This document shows, piece after piece, positions 8,443 through 17,838 of a stretch of 64,000 nt of DNA. The notes beneath the pieces were generated by a model. It was not told the origin of the DNA. It saw only the letters and a program-made list of their open reading frames with translations, and ran no database searches. Position 1 is the stretch's first letter, and every line of letters starts with the position of its first letter. This DNA is from an uncultured Geobacteraceae bacterium (GTDB lineage: Bacteria > Desulfobacterota > Desulfuromonadia > Geobacterales > Pseudopelobacteraceae). The stretch is from positions 34,494 through 98,493 of the forward strand of contig CAIQWT010000050.1 in assembly GCA_903875605.1 (NCBI GenBank). Reading direction: 5' to 3'. The translations under genes and the position numbers were made by a program.

Positions 8443-11064
8443 TTACTGAACCACGATATTCACATCAGCCTGGTTGCCGTAGGTTACTGTCGTGGCGCGA
8501 CTGCCGCTCTTGTCGCAACCGGTTGCTGTGTAGATAAATGTGAATTTATCCCCAATCGTAGCTGTGTCTGGAATAGTATAGGAGCAGACAGTGCCTGTTC
8601 CACTGGGTATTGCGGTGACATTGGGGCAACTGGATAGGGAAGCGCCGTTTAGTGTCCAGTTACCGCTCAGATTTATGTTATCAGAATGATTGGCAACTGC
8701 AGTTACCGTTACATTTCTTGCAGTGCCGGTTGCCCCGGCTACAACAAGTGTAGGGGATGAAGAAAGGCTGGATACCCACGGTGCAGATGAATATGTAGAA
8801 ACAACTATTTGTCTACTGGCGCTCTTTGGCGACGGTGTACTGTTGTCAGTTACCGAATAGGTGTAGGTAGTGTTACCAGTCACGGTTACTTCGCAAGAAG
8901 AATTAATAAACCCGTTAGTGCCGTTGTTGCCGGCGCAATTTACCCCGTTCCCGCTCCATGAGGCAGAAAGCGAATCACCATCCGGGTCAAAGGCAGATCC
9001 GTAAAGAGTTATACCGTTGCTGCCACTGCAGGTATTAACTGATAACTGGGTGGCGTATGCTGTTACCACTGGAGGACGTGAGCCGTCAGAAACCGTGATG
9101 TTTCCAGAGGAGATGTTGCGCTGGGCTCCTTTACTGTCTGTCAGCGCGAGTTCAACAGTATATTCACCGACAGCAAGACCGGTAATTACTTGCGACGCCA
9201 AAGATGTCGTTGTGCCGTCTATGGCACCCGAATACGTTTTAGAAACTGTTGCCCCGGATATAATTTTAAGTACATAGTTTACAGGGTAGTTTCCGTCTTC
9301 GTCATACACAGAAATATCGCCGGTAATTGACCCGGTATTCTTGATAGAACGCTGTGAAAGGTAGACGTATCCGGATGGTGGAATGTTGGGCAGTGTTATA
9401 TCTTTAAGTACGGCTTTTGTGCCATCGTCTGTTGTTTCGGTGGCAACAGTGACAGTCCCGTTAACATTGAATATCACAAGAGGTGTTCCACCAATATTCA
9501 AACTTATATCTGCGTTGCAGGCAACAAGGCTATTATATGCACCAGTGCTGTCACTGGTTGTCCCACGATTGAAATTAAAACCTGACAAATTTAACCAACG
9601 GTAAGGAACGCCTTTTCCTGAATCATCTATCAGTTTGCCACTTACTTCGCACGGCTTCGGAAGTATATTGTTATAAGTACCGCACGATGGTGACACGGCA
9701 AGGGTCACAACTGTTCCAACATATGTACCGGTTACATCTGAGTAGGTTAAGGTTCCGGCTTTATTGCTGTTGCTGTTATTAAGAAGCACAGTGGACAACG
9801 TGAAATCACCGCTATCGTTGGTTACGCCTTTTCCGTAATCGAGATTTGTACCGTTCACCGAAAGGAACAGGTTTTTTACAGGATCTCCATTGCTGAAAGA
9901 AAACCTGCCTGAAAGGCAAACCTCAGTCGGTGTACTAAAGACAATATGATCAAGATTCCACCAGTTTTTGCTGAATTCAGTATTTGCGACCATAATTTTA
10001 AGGTTGTACGTGCCACCGCTACATCCTGTCTTGGTCGGAGCAGTAATGACATTTCCTGTGCTATCCACAATAGTTCCTTCGCCGAGGAATATCCACTTCC
10101 CTGTATAAGGGTTCAACGACCAGACAGGTACTTGATGCCCTGCAGCTGTTTTGTTGTAATCCTCAATAAAAAGATTGTCACAACTGGAAGTGTAGATATA
10201 GCGGGTAACGGTTGTGGCTGTGTCTGCAGCCTTAGATACACCGGACTTGACAAGTTTTTTGGCTACCTGTCCAAGATTCTCACCGGTATCAGCATTAGTT
10301 ATTTTCACAAAATCAAAGGCGAGGGATACCATCTTGCCCTCTTTGCCACCAACTACCCCGGTGTAAGATCCTGGAAAATTCCCTGATTCCGTTGCCGGTT
10401 CATAAGTATTTAGTTCACCTTTTAGTTTTTTAATTCCGGGAAGGGAGGATGCTGGAATATTTATTTCAAGCTCAGAAGTTACACCTGCTTGAGACTTAGC
10501 AGCGCGAATAGCCGTGCCTGAAAGCGCTTTTTTGACACCGTTGGGGAATTTAAGTACGGCAAAACTGAATGACGGCTCTGAGGACTTGCCAACACCGGCA
10601 GTTATTGCAGATGAGGTACCGGAAGAAACATTGGCAAAAGCTACGTTAAGGCCTTGCAAGGCGGCTTTAAGCTCAATGTTGCCGGGAGTTGTATAATCTA
10701 CTCTTTTCTGGTACTGGCTAAATCCTTCTTTGGTCACAATTACGATAACATAGCCACCAGTATCGAGAAGCGGTACTTGCGCAGCAAAACCGCCAACTGC
10801 GTCAGTTAATACAGCAGCACGGCCAAGTTCTTTATCACTTTTGTCGTAGGAAACAATATCAATCGCCGCCCCATCAAGTTTTGCGGCGGATTTACTGACC
10901 AGTGCCGAAAGCGATATTATTGCTGTTCCACTAATAGTTGCAGTACTGGTTTTTGCCGCCGGAGGTACAACAGGAGGTGCCGGTGAAGAGCCACCTCCCC
11001 CACAAGCGGTAAGTATAGCAAATGCGGTCAATGAACAAAAAAAACCACCCATCATTTTTCTCAT
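8443..11064 (-). CDS. Large multi-domain lipoprotein (Ig/CarboxypepD_reg-like beta-sandwich repeats)
   Basis: Lipobox LTAC|GGGG and SD AAGGAGGAAGCT. It has repeated beta-sandwich-like segments. The C-terminal Ig-like modules contain GSAFDPDGDSLSASWS, which resembles the tail of paralog B. Confidence 0.7.
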   Translation of the reverse strand: MRKMMGGFFCSLTAFAILTACGGGGSSPAPPVVPPAAKTSTATISGTAIISLSALVSKSAAKLDGAAIDIVSYDKSDKELGRAAVLTDAVGGFAAQVPLLDTGGYVIVIVTKEGFSQYQKRVDYTTPGNIELKAALQGLNVAFANVSSGTSSAITAGVGKSSEPSFSFAVLKFPNGVKKALSGTAIRAAKSQAGVTSELEINIPASSLPGIKKLKGELNTYEPATESGNFPGSYTGVVGGKEGKMVSLAFDFVKITNADTGENLGQVAKKLVKSGVSKAADTATTVTRYIYTSSCDNLFIEDYNKTAAGHQVPVWSLNPYTGKWIFLGEGTIVDSTGNVITAPTKTGCSGGTYNLKIMVANTEFSKNWWNLDHIVFSTPTEVCLSGRFSFSNGDPVKNLFLSVNGTNLDYGKGVTNDSGDFTLSTVLLNNSNSNKAGTLTYSDVTGTYVGTVVTLAVSPSCGTYNNILPKPCEVSGKLIDDSGKGVPYRWLNLSGFNFNRGTTSDSTGAYNSLVACNADISLNIGGTPLVIFNVNGTVTVATETTDDGTKAVLKDITLPNIPPSGYVYLSQRSIKNTGSITGDISVYDEDGNYPVNYVLKIISGATVSKTYSGAIDGTTTSLASQVITGLAVGEYTVELALTDSKGAQRNISSGNITVSDGSRPPVVTAYATQLSVNTCSGSNGITLYGSAFDPDGDSLSASWSGNGVNCAGNNGTNGFINSSCEVTVTGNTTYTYSVTDNSTPSPKSASRQIVVSTYSSAPWVSSLSSSPTLVVAGATGTARNVTVTAVANHSDNINLSGNWTLNGASLSSCPNVTAIPSGTGTVCSYTIPDTATIGDKFTFIYTATGCDKSGSRATTVTYGNQADVNIVVQ

Positions 11065-11335
11065 AGCTTCCTCCTTTTTCGTTTTTCAACGTTGGAGACA
11101 TCTATTGCAAAAAAAACAGATAAGTTATGTGTACATTTTGCAAGATGCTCATTTGCCAGAATTAACTGCTAAACTTGGCGTTAAAACTTGAAAACAAATC
11201 TACAAAGTATAAGCACTCTCCACCAAAAATAGCTTTTTTCGCAGGCTATAAAAATTATAAAGCCTTGTTACAAGTGCAAGCAGTACGACCATCGTAAGCA
11301 AAACTATAGATGAAAAAACAAAAGGAACATAAGTT

Positions 11336-11363
11336 ATTCTAATACAGTTTTAAAAGCTGTCAA
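11336..11363 (-). promoter_or_regulatory. Candidate sigma70 promoter for the lipoprotein operon
   Basis: Minus strand TTGACA-N16-TAGAAT. This would give an AT-rich leader of about 270 nt. Confidence 0.3.
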
Positions 11364-11383
11364 GCAAAAATATGCAACAAAAA

Positions 11384-13474
11384 TCATTTTAAATTTGCTA
11401 CAAAAACACCGTTCCATTCTTCTGGCGGTTGATTGATAATAAACTCGCTACACCGCTCAATATAGATGCTTGAAACCCTATCCTCTTTCTGACTGCAGAA
11501 ATCATCAAACAGTAGCAATGCAGCAGAAAACTCCCTGCTTCTGTACAACCTGAGCGCCTCGCTAAACATAGTCATACTGACGCTCTCACCACCACTCATC
11601 AATTCATAAATTGGCACTGGTTGCTGTTTTCCTTTTACCGCAACAAGATCGATCTCCCTAAAATGAAGATCCTTACCTGCCAGCAGTTTTGTGGATTCGC
11701 TGACAATTATGTGCGTACCGTACATCTTGTTAAGACCTTCAAGCCTGGAAGCCAGATTGACGTTGTCCCCGATGGCGGTGTAATCAAAACGCATGGAGGC
11801 GCCCATGTTCCCAACAACAGCGTCTCCAGTGTTTATGCCGATCCCGATATCAATAGTCTGAATGCCCCTCTCGATAAATGACCGGTTCAGATCATCCAGC
11901 TTAAGCATCATCCTTAAGGCTGTTCGGCAGGCATGATCGGCATGGTCAATAACATCAAGAGGTGCGTTAAATAGCGCCATTATTGCATCACCAATATATT
12001 TATCCAGTGTCCCCTTTTCCTCAAGAACAATCAGGGTCATCGGATTCAGGTATTCATTCAGCAGTTGAACAAGATCTTCCGGAGACAATTTTTCTGACAG
12101 GGTGGTAAATCCACGGATATCAGAAAATAGGATGCTGATTTCTTTTTTTTCACCGCCAAGTTTAAGGCTGTCAGGATTTTTCATGATCTGTGCCACCAGG
12201 TCGGCTGATACATAGTTACTAAATGCTTTCTTCATATATCGCCCTTTACGATCGACTACCAGACTGCGATATATTTCCGAACTGATGGTCGTAATTCCAA
12301 GAGCCAGTAACGGCGAGACCAGTGACAAATCAACTGAATATCTACTAAAAAGCAGATAGTTTATCGCCAGATGTAGAGCGCTCAAGATGCATCCTGCTAA
12401 AAAACCGACGGTAGCACTTGGAGCCAGGCCGAGAAGCAGTGCAAGTATGAGAGGCAGTAGAAAAAGTGTCGCCCTTTCCGTGAGTATGGTATTGCGGTTA
12501 TGGACTATCAGGCGCTGTTCAAGAACGTTGGCAGCAGCGGTTGCATGGATTTCAACCCCTGGCAGTATCGAATCAAACGGCGTCGGACGCACATCATAAA
12601 TTCCTATTTCGGTAAAACCGACAAATGCCAGTTTGTCCTTCAGCTCATTGACCGGAAGGCGCTTTTTGATTATATCGGCTGCTGAGTACGTTTTTATGGT
12701 ACCGCCGGGACCGTAATAATTAATGGTAAGCTCACCATTTTGGTTGGATGGAATTATGTACTTCCCCACTTGAATTGCGCGCACTCCGTCGCTGCCGATA
12801 CTTACCTGAGCTAACTCCTTGGTGAAATACTTCAAGGACTGCAGAACCATTGATGGATAGATATTCCCATCATAAAGCAGCAGTAGCGGCGCACGTCTGA
12901 ACAGCCCATCTGTATCCGAGATCGCGTTAAAAAAGCCATAAGCGAGCGCACTCTGTCCGATGTGTGCGATGTTAGCGTCCATATTGGCATATTCAACGAG
13001 TGGAACTGAGGTCACGCCGGGATCAATCTGAAGCTGCTGAATTTTTGAAGATTGAATCTGAGCAAGAACCTCTGGATCAATTAGCTGTACTTCATTACGA
13101 AAAAAATGTCCTGCGATTACGTTACCGGATTGGGCAATGCTTTCTGCAAGTGCCTTATCTGACACCGGATTTTGAGTTTCCGAAAAGACAACATCAAGTG
13201 CCGTTACTTTTACGCCGTAATCGGCCATACCTTTAATTAACTCACCGATCTTTTCACGTGACCAGGGCCAGCGCCCTATTTCTTTGACACTTTTATTGTC
13301 TATTGCGACAATTATAACCGATGATGGTGGTGTGAGCGGACCTCTCAAGAGCATGCGCACATCTTTCATTTTGAGGTCAACGTTTTGGATAAAGGCGAGA
13401 GATGAAAAATTTATGAGCAGTATTAAAACAGAGGAGAAAATTGACAATAGGAAAAATACGAGATATTTGCGCAT
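11384..13474 (-). CDS. CHASE2 sensor domain adenylate/guanylate cyclase (class III)
   Basis: An N-terminal TM helix plus a periplasmic CHASE2-like domain, then three TM helices. Cyclase motifs ISILFSDIRGFTTLSE, KYIGDAIMALF and GINTGDAVVGNMG. Confidence 0.85.
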   Translation of the reverse strand: MRKYLVFFLLSIFSSVLILLINFSSLAFIQNVDLKMKDVRMLLRGPLTPPSSVIIVAIDNKSVKEIGRWPWSREKIGELIKGMADYGVKVTALDVVFSETQNPVSDKALAESIAQSGNVIAGHFFRNEVQLIDPEVLAQIQSSKIQQLQIDPGVTSVPLVEYANMDANIAHIGQSALAYGFFNAISDTDGLFRRAPLLLLYDGNIYPSMVLQSLKYFTKELAQVSIGSDGVRAIQVGKYIIPSNQNGELTINYYGPGGTIKTYSAADIIKKRLPVNELKDKLAFVGFTEIGIYDVRPTPFDSILPGVEIHATAAANVLEQRLIVHNRNTILTERATLFLLPLILALLLGLAPSATVGFLAGCILSALHLAINYLLFSRYSVDLSLVSPLLALGITTISSEIYRSLVVDRKGRYMKKAFSNYVSADLVAQIMKNPDSLKLGGEKKEISILFSDIRGFTTLSEKLSPEDLVQLLNEYLNPMTLIVLEEKGTLDKYIGDAIMALFNAPLDVIDHADHACRTALRMMLKLDDLNRSFIERGIQTIDIGIGINTGDAVVGNMGASMRFDYTAIGDNVNLASRLEGLNKMYGTHIIVSESTKLLAGKDLHFREIDLVAVKGKQQPVPIYELMSGGESVSMTMFSEALRLYRSREFSAALLLFDDFCSQKEDRVSSIYIERCSEFIINQPPEEWNGVFVANLK

Positions 13475-13519
13475 ATAATATACCGCCTGTAGTCATTATT
13501 TAGATAAAAAAAGGCTGAG

Positions 13520-13951
13520 CTATTGCCCAACCTTTTGCTGCACCGGCATCAGTTCGTCAAGAACTATCAGATAACCGTCCGGGTCAAAACACCACATTTC
13601 CTTGACACCATAAGGCTTGATTTCCAGCGGATAGAGAACTTCAAGCCCCTCTTCAATGATGGCGTCACGTATATCCTCAATCTCAGTAACCTCAAAATGC
13701 AGCGTGACTCCTATTCCCCGTGGGAACATGCTGAAGCGTGGTTCAAGTATCGGATGGGCTTTGATTACATCAGCGTCTTCTACAAAGACAATAGCCATGC
13801 CTTCCATATCTATAACAAGATAATCAGGAGCTCCCTTTGAGGTGAAAGAACGTCTTATCGGCAAATCCAGTATGCCGGCATAAAAAGCCTCAGTAACAAC
13901 CAACTGCGAAACTGTCAACTGGATTGAATGTGGAGACTGGTGTGCCTTCAC
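13520..13951 (-). CDS. VOC/glyoxalase-family protein
   Basis: 143 aa with the paired beta-alpha-beta-beta-beta pattern typical of glyoxalase/bleomycin-resistance folds. Its start overlaps the ccdA stop by 4 nt. Confidence 0.55.
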   Translation of the reverse strand: MKAHQSPHSIQLTVSQLVVTEAFYAGILDLPIRRSFTSKGAPDYLVIDMEGMAIVFVEDADVIKAHPILEPRFSMFPRGIGVTLHFEVTEIEDIRDAIIEEGLEVLYPLEIKPYGVKEMWCFDPDGYLIVLDELMPVQQKVGQ

Positions 13952-14679
13952 TCAAATCCCTTGTAAAATAACGTCAGATATCCGGAAAGCCGGGAAAGCC
14001 AATTGGTATATATAAGTATTCCGATCACCACCAGAAAAACTCCGGTGAGGACCTCTAATGCATGGATATATTTTTTGAAACGATTGAATACTATCAGGAA
14101 GCTGTGCATTGCTAGTGCCGAAAGGAAAAACGGTACACCCAACCCCAAAGAGTAGAGTAACAGCAGTAGAATTCCTTGATACACCCTCTCCTCTGTTGCT
14201 GCAACAGCCAGTATGGCAGCAAGAATCGGCCCGATGCATGGGGTCCAACCTGCAGCAAAGGCTATGCCGACTAAAAAACTCCCGGCATAACCTGCCGGTT
14301 TGTGTGAAATAGAAACCCTTTTTTCGCCCAAAAGAAATTTTAGTGGCAGAATACCGGTAACATGTATTCCCAGCAGCACTAGCAGAATTCCACCAACTTT
14401 TCTGATGATAGTTGTATTTTCATGCAGGAATGTTCCAATATAAGTAGCAGAGGCTCCCAGTAGAACAAAAACGGTCGTAAATCCGCCGATAAAACATAAT
14501 GAGTGCAGGATAGATTTCTGGCGGATAATGTGAGACGGATGCTCGGCCTGCAGGTCAGCAAAAGAAATGCCGGTTATATAAGTAATATAGGATGGGATCA
14601 GAGGGAAAACACAGGGTGACAAGAATGAGAGCAGGCCGGCAAAAAACGCTCCGATGTAGGTTATATCCGGACTTATCAT
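13948..14679 (-). CDS. ccdA: Cytochrome c biogenesis thiol-reductant transporter CcdA (DsbD family)
   Basis: Six-TM protein with SPCVFPLIPSY and a second conserved Cys (GWTPCIGPIL). Confidence 0.85.
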   Translation of the reverse strand: MISPDITYIGAFFAGLLSFLSPCVFPLIPSYITYITGISFADLQAEHPSHIIRQKSILHSLCFIGGFTTVFVLLGASATYIGTFLHENTTIIRKVGGILLVLLGIHVTGILPLKFLLGEKRVSISHKPAGYAGSFLVGIAFAAGWTPCIGPILAAILAVAATEERVYQGILLLLLYSLGLGVPFFLSALAMHSFLIVFNRFKKYIHALEVLTGVFLVVIGILIYTNWLSRLSGYLTLFYKGFE

Positions 14680-14687
14680 AGGAATTC

Positions 14688-15209
14688 CTATTTCATCAAT
14701 CCTTCTAAATATGCCACAACTTCAGGAGAATTCCATGCAAATCCACCGATGACTTTTTTAACAAGAACTCCCTGCTTGTCAATTATAAACGATTCTGGAA
14801 CGCCAGTAACTCCGTAGGATTTTGCAGAATTTCCAGATTCATCAAGATAAGTAGGAAGCAATAAACCCGTTTCCTTAAAAAAAGCATCAATAGTAGGTTT
14901 GCCACCCTCATCAATTGAAACAGCAACCATCTGAAAAGGTTTGCCGGCCATAAAGGTATTCAGTTTCATCATAGACGGGATCTCTTCCCTACATGGGGGA
15001 CACCACGTTGCCCAGAAGTTAAGTAATACAACTTTACCTTTAAGGTCAGACAGTTTCAAAGCGTTCCCGGTGGCAATGGACACAACAGAAATTTCCGGAG
15101 CAGGACTCTTTTCTTTTGCAATAGAACTGATTTTAGCCGTTTCAGTTTTTGAACAGGCAGCCATAAAAAGGAACAGGCAAACTATAAGGGGAAATAACGT
15201 CCGCGGCAT
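14688..15209 (-). CDS. TlpA/ResA-like thiol:disulfide oxidoreductase lipoprotein
   Basis: Lipobox MAAC|S and the thioredoxin motif FWATWCPPC. Confidence 0.85.
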   Translation of the reverse strand: MPRTLFPLIVCLFLFMAACSKTETAKISSIAKEKSPAPEISVVSIATGNALKLSDLKGKVVLLNFWATWCPPCREEIPSMMKLNTFMAGKPFQMVAVSIDEGGKPTIDAFFKETGLLLPTYLDESGNSAKSYGVTGVPESFIIDKQGVLVKKVIGGFAWNSPEVVAYLEGLMK

Positions 15210-15269
15210 GAAACCTCCGGTATATTTTTTAAACAGAGCTATGGAAAAGTAGCTTGAGGTAAAAAAAGC

Positions 15270-16238
15270 TTATTTACTGCGCGTAACCACATATTCAGCA
15301 AGGCTGAGCAAAGCTTCACGAACCTGTGATGCCGGAAAAAGATCCAGATGATTCTTGCAGCGGTTTATGCAAAGGCGAGCGGCCTCAACAGTATAGGCAA
15401 TACCCCCGTATTGTTTGACCAAGCCGGAGACATACCTGAAGTCGTCCAGAGACATTTCATCCTGATCGACAACGGTTTCAATCAATGCACGCTCGGAATC
15501 GATGCAATGACGAAGGGTAAAGATGAGTGGCAGCGTGATTTTACCCTCTTCAAGATCATGCCCAATACACTTACCAAATTCTTCCTCTGTGGCAACGTAG
15601 TCAAGAATATCATCCATCAACTGGAAGGCAATACCGAGATCCATGCCGAAATCAGCCAAAGCTTGCTGTTGTATCTCAGAAGCATCGCCGAGAATTGCTC
15701 CAGCTTCACAGGCGGCAGACATCAGAATCGCCGTTTTTGAGCGTATGACATTTATGTACTGTTCTTCCAGAAGATCAATCTCACCGGTACAGAGTAGTTG
15801 CATTACCTCGCCTTCAGCAATGACAGTCGTTGCATCGGAAAGAACACGCAAAATATCCATACTGCCGACTCGAACCATGAGAGAGAATGACTTGGAAAAG
15901 AGAAAGTCGCCAACCAGTACCGAGGCTTCATTGCCCCAAAGAGTGTTGGCAGAAGCGAGACCGCGACGCAAAGTTGCACTATCAACAACATCATCATGTA
16001 ACAGAGTTGCCGTATGAATGAACTCAATGACGCTCGCCAACGGCACGGCCTTGTCATCAGTATATCCGCACAAACGGGCGGCTAGCAGCAGCAAAGCAGG
16101 CCTGACACGCTTACCGCCGCTGGATAGTACATACTCTCCGACTTTGCGTATCAGTGGCACATCTGACTGCAGATCTTTACGGAACTGTTGTTCGACCAGT
16201 TTGAGATCTTCACCTATTATGTTTAGTGCAGCCTGCAT
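15270..16238 (-). CDS. ispB: Long-chain polyprenyl diphosphate synthase (octaprenyl-type)
   Basis: First DDxxD motif LLHDDVVD and second motif MDDILD, embedded in typical IspB context. Confidence 0.8.
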   Translation of the reverse strand: MQAALNIIGEDLKLVEQQFRKDLQSDVPLIRKVGEYVLSSGGKRVRPALLLLAARLCGYTDDKAVPLASVIEFIHTATLLHDDVVDSATLRRGLASANTLWGNEASVLVGDFLFSKSFSLMVRVGSMDILRVLSDATTVIAEGEVMQLLCTGEIDLLEEQYINVIRSKTAILMSAACEAGAILGDASEIQQQALADFGMDLGIAFQLMDDILDYVATEEEFGKCIGHDLEEGKITLPLIFTLRHCIDSERALIETVVDQDEMSLDDFRYVSGLVKQYGGIAYTVEAARLCINRCKNHLDLFPASQVREALLSLAEYVVTRSK

Positions 16239-16433
16239 ATTTTGGCGTCCTTATGGGTAAATTCGCGTCATAATAAGGGAATGGCTTCTAATTTGTCAAA
16301 GTATTTGTTGGTGTTTTTGCAAGGATTTATGCTGTGTTACAGCCGGAACGGTATCATCTTTAGATTGCCAGACGTCACTTCACGGTATATGGTAGTTCGT
16401 TACAAACTAATGTAGGACATAAAAGGAACTTGT

Positions 16434-17819
16434 ATGCGATTTGACGAACTCCCGATTCCACAACTGGTACTACGCGGCATTGCCGATGCCGGCTTCAGTG
16501 ATTGCACCCCTATTCAGGAGCAGACTCTCCCGATAACACTGACCGGAACAGACATCGCCGGCCAGGCTCAGACCGGTACCGGTAAGACGGCAGCTTTTCT
16601 GATTTCACTTTTTACCCGATTGCTTGCCAACGAACACCCTGCAGGTAGACCACGAGCGTTGATTCTTGCACCGACTCGCGAGCTTGTTGTGCAGATTGAG
16701 GCGGACGCCAAACAACTTGGAGCTCACTGCGGCTTTGCCGTCCAGGCTATTTATGGCGGCGTTGATTATATGAAACAGAAAAATGCCCTTCTGGATGGAG
16801 CTGACATTATTGTCGGAACTCCGGGTCGTTTGATCGATTACCTCAAGCAAAAGATTTACAGCCTTAAGGACATTGAGGTCCTGGTGATAGACGAGGCAGA
16901 CCGCATGTTTGATCTCGGATTTATTGCCGATCTACGTTTTATTCTCCGCAAATTACCGCCATTTGAAAAACGCCAAAATCTTATGTTTTCAGCAACTCTT
17001 AATCCGCGCGTTATGGAGTTGGCATATGAGTTCATGAACTCACCAACTAAAGTTTCTGTAACTCCGGAAAGTATGACAGCAGAGCGGGTTGAACAGCTCT
17101 TATTTCACTGTTCACGTAAAGAAAAATTTTCGCTGTTGTTAGGGTTGCTGCGACGTGAAGGCATGGCACGCACCATGATATTTATCAATACCAAGCGTGA
17201 AGCTGAACATCTTCATAACCTTCTAAATGCTAACAGTTATCCCTGTAAAGTTATTTCTGGTGATGTTGAACAACGAAAACGGATGAAAATCCTCGATGAT
17301 TTCAAAGACGGCTCTCTCCCGATTCTTATTGCGACCGATGTTGCGTCACGCGGATTGCATATTGATGGCGTTTCTCATGTTATTAATTATGATTTGCCAC
17401 AGGATTGCGAGGACTATGTTCATCGCATTGGACGTACAGCCCGTGCCGGTGCTGAAGGAAAGGCTATTTCTTTAGCCGATGAAGATGGTGCTTTCTTTCT
17501 GGAAGCGATTGAAGAGTATATTAAAACCAAGATTCCAACCGAATGGGCTGATGATGAACTATATGTTCTTGATTATGTGCGGACACCAAGACCAAAAAGA
17601 GTGCAGGACATTAAGCGCGATAAGCCGGGGGGCATCAGGACACCAGACCGTGATCGTAAAAAACCGCCATCACGTGTAAACACAGCAGCGACAAAACCTC
17701 CGGTTACTAAAATATCTGCCGAAACCACCGAAGGGAATTCTGAAAAGAAAAAACGTAAAAGAGTGAGAAAAAAGAAGCCGGCAGGAGAAAAAACTGCCGG
17801 CCAGGAAGTTCAAGCATAA
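16434..17819 (+). CDS. DEAD-box ATP-dependent RNA helicase with a basic C-terminal tail
   Basis: Q motif GFSDCTPIQ, Walker A AQTGTGKT, DEAD, SAT, HRIGRTARAG. The tail is Lys/Arg-rich. Confidence 0.9.
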   Translation: MRFDELPIPQLVLRGIADAGFSDCTPIQEQTLPITLTGTDIAGQAQTGTGKTAAFLISLFTRLLANEHPAGRPRALILAPTRELVVQIEADAKQLGAHCGFAVQAIYGGVDYMKQKNALLDGADIIVGTPGRLIDYLKQKIYSLKDIEVLVIDEADRMFDLGFIADLRFILRKLPPFEKRQNLMFSATLNPRVMELAYEFMNSPTKVSVTPESMTAERVEQLLFHCSRKEKFSLLLGLLRREGMARTMIFINTKREAEHLHNLLNANSYPCKVISGDVEQRKRMKILDDFKDGSLPILIATDVASRGLHIDGVSHVINYDLPQDCEDYVHRIGRTARAGAEGKAISLADEDGAFFLEAIEEYIKTKIPTEWADDELYVLDYVRTPRPKRVQDIKRDKPGGIRTPDRDRKKPPSRVNTAATKPPVTKISAETTEGNSEKKKRKRVRKKKPAGEKTAGQEVQA

Positions 17820-17838
17820 CCGTTAAACACTAATGTTA

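Noticed and set aside
11139-11160. A sigma54-like element on the minus strand (TGGCAA ATGAGCATC TTGCAA) upstream of the lipoprotein operon. It was of interest because an NtrC-type regulator is encoded at the window end.
   Set aside because: The GG-to-GC spacing does not fit the -24/-12 geometry (16 nt, or 9 nt with the inner GC, instead of 12 nt between the first G of GG and the G of GC). A similar near-match at 48520-48535 upstream of the secretin gene also has the wrong spacing.
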